IMG/VR virus record: IMGVR_UViG_3300028654_000009
From: a virus
Length of the DNA: 64,000 nucleotides
Strand: one strand, 5' to 3'
Shown: one piece after another, positions 18,719-28,473 of the stretch
Layout: every line of letters begins with the position of its first letter
Numbering within the stretch: the first letter of the stretch is position 1
Notes under the pieces: generated by a model
Database searches by the model: none
Told to the model about the DNA's origin: nothing
What the model saw: the letters and a program-made list of their open reading frames with translations, nothing else
Translations under genes and position numbers: made by a program

Positions 18719-19471
18719 ATGACGACAAATAACCAAATGTATTATGATGTTGAGGACCAGCGTAACCGAGCTTGGGAAAAAATCCAAGAACAGCGCAAGC
18801 TACTTGAGAAGGGGGAGGCCCGTCACAAGGATCAGTGCGACCTAATCAAAAGGCTTGAAGAGGAGCGAGGTCAGCTGAGAGAAGAAAACGAGCAGGCGTG
18901 GGAGCGGGTCAGTCAGCTGGAAGCAGAAAACCAGTCGGCGTGGAACGACGTCGCTACGTTTGAGCAGGACGGCCGCGAACAGAAGGCCCTGGTGGACTCC
19001 CAAAAGAAACAAATCGCCACCCTCGAATTCGAGGCAAAGCGCCTAAACTCTGCTCTGCTTGGGGCCGTGGAGGATGTTGCAACTTTCAAGAAGTACGGCC
19101 TCGAACAGAAGGCCCTGGTGGACTCCCAAAAGAAACAAATCGTCAGCCTCATAACCCAGCTGGGCTCGGCCTTGGAAGAGACCGACCGGAATTCTAGTGG
19201 CCTGCCCCGCCGAGAGTCCCCTTTCGTAGTGATCGGTGGCCGAGAGCAGGAGCAGCCCACCGAAACCTTTGACCTCGCCGCTATCCAGGCCCGCCTCGTT
19301 GACCTGGAAAACTGGAAGGCAGCCACGGACGTCGCCCTGGCGAATCATGGCGAGCTTATCCGGCTGCGAGGGCAAGATATCGAACAGCTCAAGGACGTCT
19401 TCGAAGAGTCGGGCGGATTCGATCCTAACGACGATTTTGGTTATCCTAACGACGGTTTTGGTTTCCGATAG
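18719..19471 (+). CDS. coiled-coil protein with internal duplication
   Basis: AGGAG SD; heptads; EQKALVDSQKKQI twice. Confidence 0.85.
   Translation: MTTNNQMYYDVEDQRNRAWEKIQEQRKLLEKGEARHKDQCDLIKRLEEERGQLREENEQAWERVSQLEAENQSAWNDVATFEQDGREQKALVDSQKKQIATLEFEAKRLNSALLGAVEDVATFKKYGLEQKALVDSQKKQIVSLITQLGSALEETDRNSSGLPRRESPFVVIGGREQEQPTETFDLAAIQARLVDLENWKAATDVALANHGELIRLRGQDIEQLKDVFEESGGFDPNDDFGYPNDGFGFR
18976..19142 (+). repeat. 41-bp exact direct repeat, 126-nt period
   Basis: cgaacagaaggccctggtggactcccaaaagaaacaaatcg at 18976-19016 and 19102-19142. Confidence 0.9.
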
Positions 19472-19482
19472 AAAGGACGCAC

Positions 19483-20253
19483 ATGCCTAATATCAAAGTA
19501 TCAAACTACCCCTACACCTGGATCGAGTTCGGTACCGAGCAGGTCACCGTGACAGGTCTCCTGGACCGCTTGTATGCGGCAAATCATTGCATCAAGAGCA
19601 TGGAGGAGGAGCTTAAGGTGGCTGACGCAACCATTGAAGGTGTCGTCCGGCAGCGAGACAAGGCCGAGGGTGAGGTAGAGCGGCTACAGGCGGAGCTGCA
19701 AGAAGCCAAAAATCTCATTGAGGCCCAGGCGAAGTTCATCAAGGATCTGGACAAAGAGGCGAATGAATACGCTGGGGAACTGCAGGCCTTCCACGACAAG
19801 GAAGACGAGAACAAGAAGAACTACGCGGCCATGATGGACCGCCTAGAGAATCTCACCTCAGGCCTGCCCAAGAACGTTCACAAGACAAGCGACCACCTGG
19901 ACCCTGGCGGCTATTGTGGCTGCGGGGAGGACAAGCAGCCGACCGAGAACGTTTGCGAACACGGCGATCACCCAGCCCCAGAAGGCAAGCGTTTCTGCTC
20001 AGAGAAGTGTAGGGAGTGTGAGATGGAGTCGGTTGACGGTTGCGATGGCAATTGCGGGCTCGTGGAGCCTAGGGGCGAGGAGACCCAAAGCCTGGAGGAA
20101 CGGCTCTTGTACCTGGAAGACACCGTCGAGTTCAATGACGGCGTATACGACCGCAGATTCCAGGAACTGAATGACAAGATCAAGAAGCTAGAGAACAAGG
20201 GCACAGTCTACGGGCCGCGTTCCCCACAGAGGACTTTTGGGAGCAAGCCATGA
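19483..20253 (+). CDS. coiled-coil protein with Cys/His cluster
   Basis: Heptads; CEHGDH...FCSEKC; RLLYLE. Confidence 0.85.
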   Translation: MPNIKVSNYPYTWIEFGTEQVTVTGLLDRLYAANHCIKSMEEELKVADATIEGVVRQRDKAEGEVERLQAELQEAKNLIEAQAKFIKDLDKEANEYAGELQAFHDKEDENKKNYAAMMDRLENLTSGLPKNVHKTSDHLDPGGYCGCGEDKQPTENVCEHGDHPAPEGKRFCSEKCRECEMESVDGCDGNCGLVEPRGEETQSLEERLLYLEDTVEFNDGVYDRRFQELNDKIKKLENKGTVYGPRSPQRTFGSKP

Positions 20254-20419
20254 ACCGAGCTACGGTGCTTGAGCACATTAAGAACTTCATCAAGCGCAAT
20301 TGGCAGTTCATGGTGGTGGGAGGCATTGGCGCGACCTTATAGCCTTTCTGCTGCCCTGGTGGGCTGGCACGGGGTGCGTCGTTCTAGCTACCATAGTGGC
20401 CCTAGCCACCGTCGATTAG
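20250..20419 (+). pseudogene. small membrane protein gene with apparent frameshift near 20336
   Basis: MNRATVLEHIKNFIKRNWQFMVVGGIGATL* continues in another frame as IAFLLPWWAGTGCVVLATIVALATVD*. Confidence 0.4.
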
Positions 20420-23400
20420 CTATTGACGTAGCTGATTACGATATCACTGTCGAGGTCCAGCACCAGTAGCTTTTCGCCGTCCCCTACCGGCAGCTGGTCG
20501 GAAGTCGAGCTGTAGGTGGGGGAAGTGACCGCTACCGCAATGACGCCGGTGACGCGGCTGGCCGCAGCCACCAGGTCCGAGATTGCGCAGGACGTTCCCA
20601 CGTCCGTCTGGTTGATGGCTGTGGCCACGGCAGACTTAACCCGGCCCGCCAGGTCAGCTGAAGCGAAACCGCTCTGTACGCGCAAGGAGAGGCCCACGTG
20701 AGCACGCCTAACGAGTGAGCCCTGGGTGATGATGCTCGAACCGACAGCTGCGTATCCCGGATAGGTTGCCCGGTCAGACTCGTCGCCGTACACAATTTTG
20801 TTGACTTCGCCCACCAGGCCTGTGCTGTAAGAATACCCGTCAGTCCCAGAGAACACGCCTTCGGGGAATTCAAGCTTGTCGAGGGCCGTCACCACGGAGC
20901 CGCCCGTCTGCCCGATCTTGAAGTAGTCGGCTACAGAGTCAAGCTGGACATCTGAGAAAGAGCCGTCCGTCTGATTGGGGGCGATGCTGACGATTTGCTT
21001 TACCAGGCTGGTGGGCACGCCCTCTATCAGTCGAATGAGGGTGTTGTCCGCGCCCATAGCTGCAGCCGGGGTAAACAGTTGTGGAGTCTTGGCCGAAGCG
21101 TCAATACGTAGAATCGTGCTGTTGACGTATTGTTCGCCGCCGGCAGTGTTACTGCCCACCTCGGTGATTTTCCATTGGCCCACGTTACCATTCCCGTACT
21201 CGGCCGTGGACACAGACAGAATGTCACCAGGAACCGGCGTGCTGCTCGCCATGTTCTTGATATGGGCCACAGAGGTCTCTTCTACCGTGTTCGGATTGTT
21301 GACCCACAGGGTGATTTCCTGGGGAGTAAAGGCCAGCCGAAGGATCTTGAAGACGCCCCTGTTGCCCAGAGATACGGCCGGCAGGTCAGACCTATTGAGA
21401 GTAGGCGTGCAGACGTAAAGGTAGTCACCCTCGTGGAACAAAGCCACGAAGGGCAGGGTGGCGTTGTTCTTGTACGAAATGCGAATGGCCGACCAACCCG
21501 AATACTTCTCGAACCGCATGCGGACCTCGTCCGTGTCAGAGAACAGAGAAAAGATACTGGGGCTGAAAGTCCACAACCACGAGCCTGCAGTACCGCTTGG
21601 CGTAATGGTAGCGGTGGTGGCCGAGTTCCAGCTGACCAGCTTGGGGAGGGTGTTCTGGTTTTGGATGAGAGTCCAGCCGCCTCCGATTAGACCTTCGGCC
21701 TCGCCCTTCTGAATTGTCACAGAGCAAGAGGCCGGAGCGTTCACAATCGTGCCAGACCTGGAGATGGCCCGAGCGCTCCCGTAAACAGCTGCGGAGGCGT
21801 CATTAGCGAGCCCACCTTGCACGGAAACAGAACCCGAGGACCCAAGGGTCTTGGATACGATTTGGACCTTCTCGCCTGAGCTGGAGGCCGATACCTCGGC
21901 AACGCTGGACAGGCCTGTCACGCCGAGCGTATTCAACCAATCCACCACGTTCTTGGCGGTGTTGGGGACCAGCCTGACGTCCTCATTGGCATAATCAGAG
22001 TTCGAGATCAGCGAGCTGGTGATGGCCGACTTGAACTTCAGCTCGGAGTTATACACACCCGGCGACACGAAATTCACCAGGTGCTCCTTGACATAGTTCA
22101 ACCCGTCGGTCAGGGAGTAAGCGATAGTGCCTGAAGCCAATTCATCCCAAGTGGCCTGGTTGATGACGCCACCGCCCGAGCCAGTCACCACGCCCGTGAC
22201 GGGGACCATAGGGTTGTTGATCGCTGCCAAAGCGTTTACTGCAGCCACCACAGCCGTAGCTGATTGCGTGCTGGCCCCGAAGAATTGAATGCCGGTCGGA
22301 TTGAAGGTGCGAGACCAGGTGGGTGTGGTGAGGGTGGCCGAGGTGTCGTTCGCCAGCATGCTGGCCAGGATGTACTGGGGACCGTGCGCTTTAATACGCA
22401 TGGTGTTCTCAACGTAGCTGGCACCGGGCGCTCCTGGGACGAAGTCTCCAGTGTTCTTGATACGGAAGTAGTCGCCGTTGTTGATGGCGCCAGTGAACGA
22501 GGTCAACCCAGCCGTATCAAACGACACGGTCCCGGGATTGGATGTGGCACCGAGAATCGTCCCGTCATTGAGAGATAGAGAGGGGATGTAGATGACCTGC
22601 TGACCGGTTCCTGCGTTGAATGCGTCTACCTGGGCCACGGTAAATACGCCCGAGTAAATAGTGGAAACGGAAGGAGAGGCAACGTCTAGCCACAGTACGT
22701 CTCCGACGTTGATACCGGTTCCCTGTGGGCCCTGAGCAATGACACCATTGTTGGGCACGGTCAGGGTCAGGGCGGTCATACCATTGAGCCCCGGCCGAGC
22801 TGCAGAAGCGATAGAGAATCCCAAGAATGCATAGGTGTCGAAAATCAAGCCATTTTGATTACACCGAGCGAGCCCCATCTTCGAGGTGGAGCGGATGGTG
22901 GAGGGTGTGGCTGCGGCCCCCGAACCGAGCTTGATGCTGACGTAGACCTGCGGCACGAAGCCATTGATATCGCTTTGTGCGGACTGAGTGTCGTCGACCA
23001 CCACCGAGACGGAAGCGCTAGCGGCGTCCGGATACACGTATCGCAAAGACACGTTGTTGCCCTCAGCCCCGTGCCTGTAGTATCTCCACACGGCGGTCTT
23101 GGTGGAATCGCCAGGGTGAGACAAGGTGCGGGCCTTCATGTAGACAGCGAAGTCTTTGAAGATGGGAGTAGGGAAGGCCGTGGCCAGTTGTACGCCTACG
23201 TTATCGCCGTCTGCCCAGTTACTATCAATGGAGTACGCCCCGGTGGGAATGATCTTCCTGTACATAGGAATGGAGAATCGTTTGGTGTCCAGGTCTCCGT
23301 CCACTACAACAGTGAGAGTGTCACGAGGAGAGATGGAGAATGGATTGGCAAACAACACTGGGCTGTTGGGGACGATGGGCGAGTTCGGGGCTCCGCCGTA

Positions 23401-26400
23401 AGCGATGTTGGTTTTGTCGCGGAAGCTGACAGACATGATGGCGCCATTAGCGTTGAGAGCGCCACTGGTAGACCTGCTCGCCGCACTAACACGCATCTTG
23501 GTGTTGTCGGAGTTTCCAATCTCCTTTACCGACAAGTCGCCGCCAGGAGCCCAAGTAGACTGCCAAAGCTTGGGGTTGAGGCCGTCACGGGATTTCTGTA
23601 GCCCCCAAGCTCGCGAATTGGCATTGGGCAGAGGCAAAGCCGGAGGCAGCAAAACCTTGAGTTCGCCGGCTGTCGTATAATTGTCGGTAACGTCTCCCAA
23701 CATCTGGTAGACCGCGAAGCCTTGAGGTGTACCTAGCTCGGAGTTCGCAGACTCGATAGACCCTTGGTTCGCCACTACGCTGGAGCCGAGGATGCCGGAG
23801 GGAATGTTCGAGGTCCCGCTTTGACCAGCTACCTTTACGATACTGCCATTGGAGCCGATAGTGTTGGTGCGGATGCGAACGCTGGAGGTCTTGTAGACCA
23901 CACCCGAAGCTCCCTCGACGCCGGCAGTAATAGCGTTGGCGAGCGAATTGGCATCGGACACAGTAGGCAGCAGGATCTGCTGGAGGTCCCTCTTGCTGCG
24001 GGCGAACGAGATGCCAGCCTGCGGGAGGGTGAGAGCCGAAATGGTAGCGATATTGGAATCGGGGTGAGTCCACTGTCCAGAAGCCAGGTTGATGGTTTCT
24101 GAGGTGGCGATAGCAATGCCAATACCGGGAGACGCGGAGGTCACGTTGGCCTCCATATTGTTGGCGCTGACACCGCCATGGAACACACAGAACCTGTTCC
24201 CAAAGCTGGTGTAAGAACCAACACACCCTTGACGGTCCACACCGAATGAGGTGAACAAAGCCGTCCCTGCGGAGGGTAGGTCGTTCCAGGTTAGAGACCC
24301 TCCCACAAACTGCTTAGGCTTGAGTGCTTTGACAGAGCCTGTGGTCTGACACCCGCCATAAGCGATAGCCATTGTGCCGTCGCCCACAAGACCGTAAGTC
24401 TGCTCGGTAAAGGTCCACCCAGAGGCTACAGCGGTAGAGCTGGTCCAGGTGTTGGCCGAAACGTCGTAAACGGTGTATGTTCCCACCTGAGCGACACCAA
24501 AGGTACCGATCCCACATCCTACTGCCAAAACCTTTTGGGTAGCAACAGAGGCCATACCAAAACCGAAGCGATTGACCGGCATGGAGGCCCGTGCGGTCCA
24601 AGTCTTAGTGGTAGGGTCATAGATGGCGGATTGAGCAGAAGGCCCACCACCCGCAACTCCGCCAGCGATAAACACCTTGCCAGCATCAGCGCCAGCCGTA
24701 CCTGCTCCAGCTGGCAGCAATACTGCAGAATGAGAGTGGACAGCCACAGGCATATTGCGGACGTTGATGAACGCGTTCCCGATCGGGTCGTACTCTTCGC
24801 TGGTGAGGATCGGGGCTCCTGCAGCGTCAAGTCCACCGGCAATCAAAACCCTACCATTGGCCATCAAGGTGGCGCTGTGGTTAGACCTTGCAACAGACAT
24901 CGTAGGCCCTACCACCGCATCAATTTCGGAGGTGTTGGTAGAAATATAGGGAGCGTTCCCGCCAACAGTCAAGATGCCTCCACCCTGAAGTAAGGTAGAA
25001 GTGTGGTACCACCGAGGAGTGGTAAGTGAGGTGAGTGTGGCCCACACGCCAGTAGCGGGATTGTACGACTCCACCAACTGGGTAGGACCGGTTCCAATGT
25101 GGAAGTAAAGGAACGAAGGCTCCTCCTCATTGGTCAGACCACCGGTAAACACAACGGTCCCGTCAGCCTTGGCTACGGCCTGGTGAGCAAACCGGGGAAT
25201 CTGGCCTTCGCGCTTTTCAAACACCAACTTATTGACAAAGCCGCTGCCGTCCACCGAGGTCGAGACAACCTTGTAAGGGTTACGCAAAGCCGAGGGGATC
25301 GCAGAATCCCACAGTACCATAATGTCCTCGGGCAGGACGTTTAAGAAGTCCCCGTGGCCCACAGCCCCGGACTGCAATTGAACACGCTGGGCGTCTGTGG
25401 TCACACCAATGATAGTGGCAGTAAGAGGTGTACTGGACTGTACGCTATGGGGTACCACAGCTGCGGAGGAGTCGACACCAAACCAAACGTTGTTCGAGGT
25501 GATATTGGGGTTCGTGACGTTGATAAAGCCGCGCGTCCACAGTGAGCCGAGAGACAGCCTGTCGCCGGCAGTCAAAGGAACGGCCAGAGCGATTTGACCC
25601 GTGCTTCGGTCGACCGAGTAATCGCTGTTGGAGCCGGCTGAACTGCCCACCGCAAACACGCCGTTGCCCACCAACGTGCCGCCAGTGATTGATAGTGCGG
25701 ACAAAGCTGACAGGCCTCTGTTGGAGGTCAACACCAGCACGCCATTTTGAGAAGTGGTCGTGACGCCTGGTAGCTTGGCATTAAGAACGGCCACCCATGC
25801 GGCCAGGGTGTTTACGCCCACGCCGCTGAACCCAGTGCCCGCCAGGACAAAGTCATTGTCGCCAATGGAGTACGTAATGGCGGGCGTCCCGTCTACACTC
25901 AGGATGAGCGTTTGGGTGCCAGACAAAGCGTTCCAGGTCGAAGGACGGTTGCTGTTGAGGAAGGCCACAGAGCCGTCCTTCGAAAGCAACAGGTCGTTCT
26001 TGTATAGGTTGGTAGTGAAAGCACCCGTGGCCGGGAATGCCAGGGCCGCGTTCGCATCCGTGTCGGGGAAATTGACCGCCACCACCTGGAGCTGTTCATT
26101 GGTCTCGGCGCGCGCAGTGATAACCACCTGTGAGCCGCTGTTCAAAGTACGTGCGGACCACAGCAGGGCCGAGTTGGCATTGATAGACGCAGCTACCTCG
26201 TAGCCAGAAGCCGTGGTGATATTGATAAAGTCTGCAGCACCGAACACATGCGTGGTTACAACACTGCCCACACGAATAGAGAGCTTGCAGCCGTCCACCA
26301 GGACAAAAGGCGCCACGTTGAGGGTCAACAGGAAAGCCTTGGTGATCGGGCGATTGGTAGTCTCGATGTATTGCTCGCCACCTACAGCCGAGTCAATAAG

Positions 26401-27429
26401 GACCTCGGAGCCTACTCCCTGCCAGGTTTCTTCGTAGCCCGTACCGTCGTCGATGTAAAGGGCTGAAGGCTGGCCGACCTTGTTGACGATTCGTGCCGAG
26501 GATACCCGCTTGTTCTCGGTATCTGAGATAGCCCCCAGAGCTGCGGTCTCGATGGACAGCGCCGTTCCCTTGGACTTCGAGCCACGCACCTTGCGGATAC
26601 GGTCGCGGTAGTCATTGTCGGTCTCGGTGTCGTGTCCAGAGGTGAAGGGGAGCGGGTTGTTGACTGTCGCCCCAGTGAAGGGCACGCTGCCCGTGAACTG
26701 CACGACCGAGTTTGCTGGAGCGTTCCCAGAGGCCCCTGCGACGGTCGCCACGACGGCCACAGAAGCCACCTGGACTTCGCCGTCGGGAATGGTGGCAGAG
26801 AACAGGGTCGAGAACTGGATAGCCGCAGTGATAGCTCCCTGAGGGGTCGCCACGATCGTCCCGGCGTCCACAGTCCTGGCGCCACCTTGAGCCAACACCA
26901 CGGTCTCCCCGAGGTTGTGGAAAGAGCTGGTGGGCGTGCTAAGGTTGAGGGTGTAGTAGGTCCCTGCGTTGGTGATGGAAGTGTAGTGAAGCGGGCCCTC
27001 GATATTCGGGGTGTTCCGGCCTACGTACACATTGCCCGTGCTCGGCCAGCCAGCCGCGTTCTCGACATTGATAGTGACAGCGCCCACAATGGGCGCGAAG
27101 CCGCCTGGGTAGATTTTGGAGCTGACCTTGTTGAAGGAAACGTCGGTGATAGTGACCGTGCCGGTAGCCTTTGACAGCAGGTTCCGGGGTACGCCTTCAG
27201 ACGCTCCAATTCGGTCCAGGGCATTGCCGGTGGCATTGTCCAGGCCCTGAGCCAGCAGCATCTGGAATACGTCGGCAGAAATGCGCGTGTCGGCCTGGGC
27301 GGCCGCTTCAAGCAGCGACAGGATAGGCGCCCCGACCTTCAGGCGCCTGATACCAATACGCGAGGTGACAGCGTCGATGCTGTCCCCGAGGAGTTGCGGA
27401 TAGCTTTTGGGAGTCGGGGTGTTAGCCAC
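20416..27429 (-). CDS. giant baseplate J-like protein (~2337 aa) with kelch propeller
   Basis: ATGNALD...KATGTVT, GHDTETDNDYRDRI; C-terminal VKSAVATAIN...ISDLV; kelch blades; GTG 27429 fits the AATCTT-N5 rule. Confidence 0.85.
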   Translation of the reverse strand: MANTPTPKSYPQLLGDSIDAVTSRIGIRRLKVGAPILSLLEAAAQADTRISADVFQMLLAQGLDNATGNALDRIGASEGVPRNLLSKATGTVTITDVSFNKVSSKIYPGGFAPIVGAVTINVENAAGWPSTGNVYVGRNTPNIEGPLHYTSITNAGTYYTLNLSTPTSSFHNLGETVVLAQGGARTVDAGTIVATPQGAITAAIQFSTLFSATIPDGEVQVASVAVVATVAGASGNAPANSVVQFTGSVPFTGATVNNPLPFTSGHDTETDNDYRDRIRKVRGSKSKGTALSIETAALGAISDTENKRVSSARIVNKVGQPSALYIDDGTGYEETWQGVGSEVLIDSAVGGEQYIETTNRPITKAFLLTLNVAPFVLVDGCKLSIRVGSVVTTHVFGAADFINITTASGYEVAASINANSALLWSARTLNSGSQVVITARAETNEQLQVVAVNFPDTDANAALAFPATGAFTTNLYKNDLLLSKDGSVAFLNSNRPSTWNALSGTQTLILSVDGTPAITYSIGDNDFVLAGTGFSGVGVNTLAAWVAVLNAKLPGVTTTSQNGVLVLTSNRGLSALSALSITGGTLVGNGVFAVGSSAGSNSDYSVDRSTGQIALAVPLTAGDRLSLGSLWTRGFINVTNPNITSNNVWFGVDSSAAVVPHSVQSSTPLTATIIGVTTDAQRVQLQSGAVGHGDFLNVLPEDIMVLWDSAIPSALRNPYKVVSTSVDGSGFVNKLVFEKREGQIPRFAHQAVAKADGTVVFTGGLTNEEEPSFLYFHIGTGPTQLVESYNPATGVWATLTSLTTPRWYHTSTLLQGGGILTVGGNAPYISTNTSEIDAVVGPTMSVARSNHSATLMANGRVLIAGGLDAAGAPILTSEEYDPIGNAFINVRNMPVAVHSHSAVLLPAGAGTAGADAGKVFIAGGVAGGGPSAQSAIYDPTTKTWTARASMPVNRFGFGMASVATQKVLAVGCGIGTFGVAQVGTYTVYDVSANTWTSSTAVASGWTFTEQTYGLVGDGTMAIAYGGCQTTGSVKALKPKQFVGGSLTWNDLPSAGTALFTSFGVDRQGCVGSYTSFGNRFCVFHGGVSANNMEANVTSASPGIGIAIATSETINLASGQWTHPDSNIATISALTLPQAGISFARSKRDLQQILLPTVSDANSLANAITAGVEGASGVVYKTSSVRIRTNTIGSNGSIVKVAGQSGTSNIPSGILGSSVVANQGSIESANSELGTPQGFAVYQMLGDVTDNYTTAGELKVLLPPALPLPNANSRAWGLQKSRDGLNPKLWQSTWAPGGDLSVKEIGNSDNTKMRVSAASRSTSGALNANGAIMSVSFRDKTNIAYGGAPNSPIVPNSPVLFANPFSISPRDTLTVVVDGDLDTKRFSIPMYRKIIPTGAYSIDSNWADGDNVGVQLATAFPTPIFKDFAVYMKARTLSHPGDSTKTAVWRYYRHGAEGNNVSLRYVYPDAASASVSVVVDDTQSAQSDINGFVPQVYVSIKLGSGAAATPSTIRSTSKMGLARCNQNGLIFDTYAFLGFSIASAARPGLNGMTALTLTVPNNGVIAQGPQGTGINVGDVLWLDVASPSVSTIYSGVFTVAQVDAFNAGTGQQVIYIPSLSLNDGTILGATSNPGTVSFDTAGLTSFTGAINNGDYFRIKNTGDFVPGAPGASYVENTMRIKAHGPQYILASMLANDTSATLTTPTWSRTFNPTGIQFFGASTQSATAVVAAVNALAAINNPMVPVTGVVTGSGGGVINQATWDELASGTIAYSLTDGLNYVKEHLVNFVSPGVYNSELKFKSAITSSLISNSDYANEDVRLVPNTAKNVVDWLNTLGVTGLSSVAEVSASSSGEKVQIVSKTLGSSGSVSVQGGLANDASAAVYGSARAISRSGTIVNAPASCSVTIQKGEAEGLIGGGWTLIQNQNTLPKLVSWNSATTATITPSGTAGSWLWTFSPSIFSLFSDTDEVRMRFEKYSGWSAIRISYKNNATLPFVALFHEGDYLYVCTPTLNRSDLPAVSLGNRGVFKILRLAFTPQEITLWVNNPNTVEETSVAHIKNMASSTPVPGDILSVSTAEYGNGNVGQWKITEVGSNTAGGEQYVNSTILRIDASAKTPQLFTPAAAMGADNTLIRLIEGVPTSLVKQIVSIAPNQTDGSFSDVQLDSVADYFKIGQTGGSVVTALDKLEFPEGVFSGTDGYSYSTGLVGEVNKIVYGDESDRATYPGYAAVGSSIITQGSLVRRAHVGLSLRVQSGFASADLAGRVKSAVATAINQTDVGTSCAISDLVAAASRVTGVIAVAVTSPTYSSTSDQLPVGDGEKLLVLDLDSDIVISYVNS

Positions 27430-27434
27430 CACCG

Positions 27435-27440
27435 AAGATT
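27435..27440 (-). promoter_or_regulatory. putative late promoter AATCTT
   Basis: AATCTT-cggtg-GTG(27429). Confidence 0.75.
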
Positions 27441-27441
27441 A

Positions 27442-27496
27442 GAGCCCAGGTCGAGGGCGTCTACGGTTCGGTGACCTGGGCTCCTCGACCTGGGCT
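27442..27496. repeat. intergenic inverted repeat with two alternative partners
   Basis: 27443-27456 pairs with 27483-27496 (14 bp); 27442-27452 pairs with 27473-27483 (11 bp). Confidence 0.8.
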
Positions 27497-27501
27497 TAAG
27501 G

Positions 27502-28473
27502 CTAGCCGAATACTCCCACAGGGTACCGCTGTTGGAGTTCGTCCATAGCGGCCTGGAATTCGAGACGCTTTGCCGTAATCGTGGCAATGTCGGGGCTATC
27601 AGGGGATACCTCGGCGATTTGGTTAGCCTTTCTCATAAGGTCGAGGGCTTCGTTTTTGAGAGCCTGCCGAATCAACTTGACGGTTTGGGGAGTCAATACG
27701 AGCCCTTCAAGGACGCCGTTGGTGAACTTGAGACTGTGCGACCAAGACAAGTTCGAGGCATCATATTCTTGCTTCAGAATCGCGAGCCGGTGCTCGGCTT
27801 TCACTTTCCCGGCACGCAGCTCCCTGACGGTATCAAAACCAAGCTCCTCGCACAGCGCGGTGTACAGGCCAATTACCTTGTCCCTGGCCTCCTCGGTGGC
27901 CTTGAGCTTCTTCTCGGTCTCGATCAAGTTCTCAACGACATCCTCCACCGTCGGGTGCTCGGCACACACGCCCTCCCTTACGCGCGCGATTTCCTCGACT
28001 GCCAGGCCTACGTTCTTGAGCGCTATGTCGCGCTCGACTACGTAATCCGAGGCCCGGTCGACCAACATATCGTAGGTGTCTTGCAGGGTCTTGTTGGCTT
28101 CCTTGTAAGTTTCGACTTCCTGGCGCAAGGTCGTGGCCGAGGTTTGGTACGCGAGATGATCCTCGGTCGCCCACTTCTGCAGCTGGGCGTTCTGGCCGCG
28201 CAGACGTGCGGTCTCCCAGCGTAGGCTGTCGATCTCCTGGTACAGCCTATTGACAGTCCCCGGCTGGTGTTCGCTGCAAACCAGCGCCTGGCACCGAGGA
28301 CAGGCCTGCTCTTCCAAGCGGGCCTCTAGCTTGTCCTTTTGCTGGCAGACAATTTCCAAGGCCTTGTCCTTGTGCTCGATTGTGGTTTTGAGAGTTCTGA
28401 TTTCTTCTTCAAGCTCTTGCACACGGTCTTGAAGCTCTTGTACATAATCCATGGGGTCCCAAGCGAAGCTCAT
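27502..28473 (-). CDS. coiled-coil protein with CxxC
   Basis: AAGGAG SD; heptads; CPRCQALVCSEH. Confidence 0.85.
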   Translation of the reverse strand: MSFAWDPMDYVQELQDRVQELEEEIRTLKTTIEHKDKALEIVCQQKDKLEARLEEQACPRCQALVCSEHQPGTVNRLYQEIDSLRWETARLRGQNAQLQKWATEDHLAYQTSATTLRQEVETYKEANKTLQDTYDMLVDRASDYVVERDIALKNVGLAVEEIARVREGVCAEHPTVEDVVENLIETEKKLKATEEARDKVIGLYTALCEELGFDTVRELRAGKVKAEHRLAILKQEYDASNLSWSHSLKFTNGVLEGLVLTPQTVKLIRQALKNEALDLMRKANQIAEVSPDSPDIATITAKRLEFQAAMDELQQRYPVGVFG

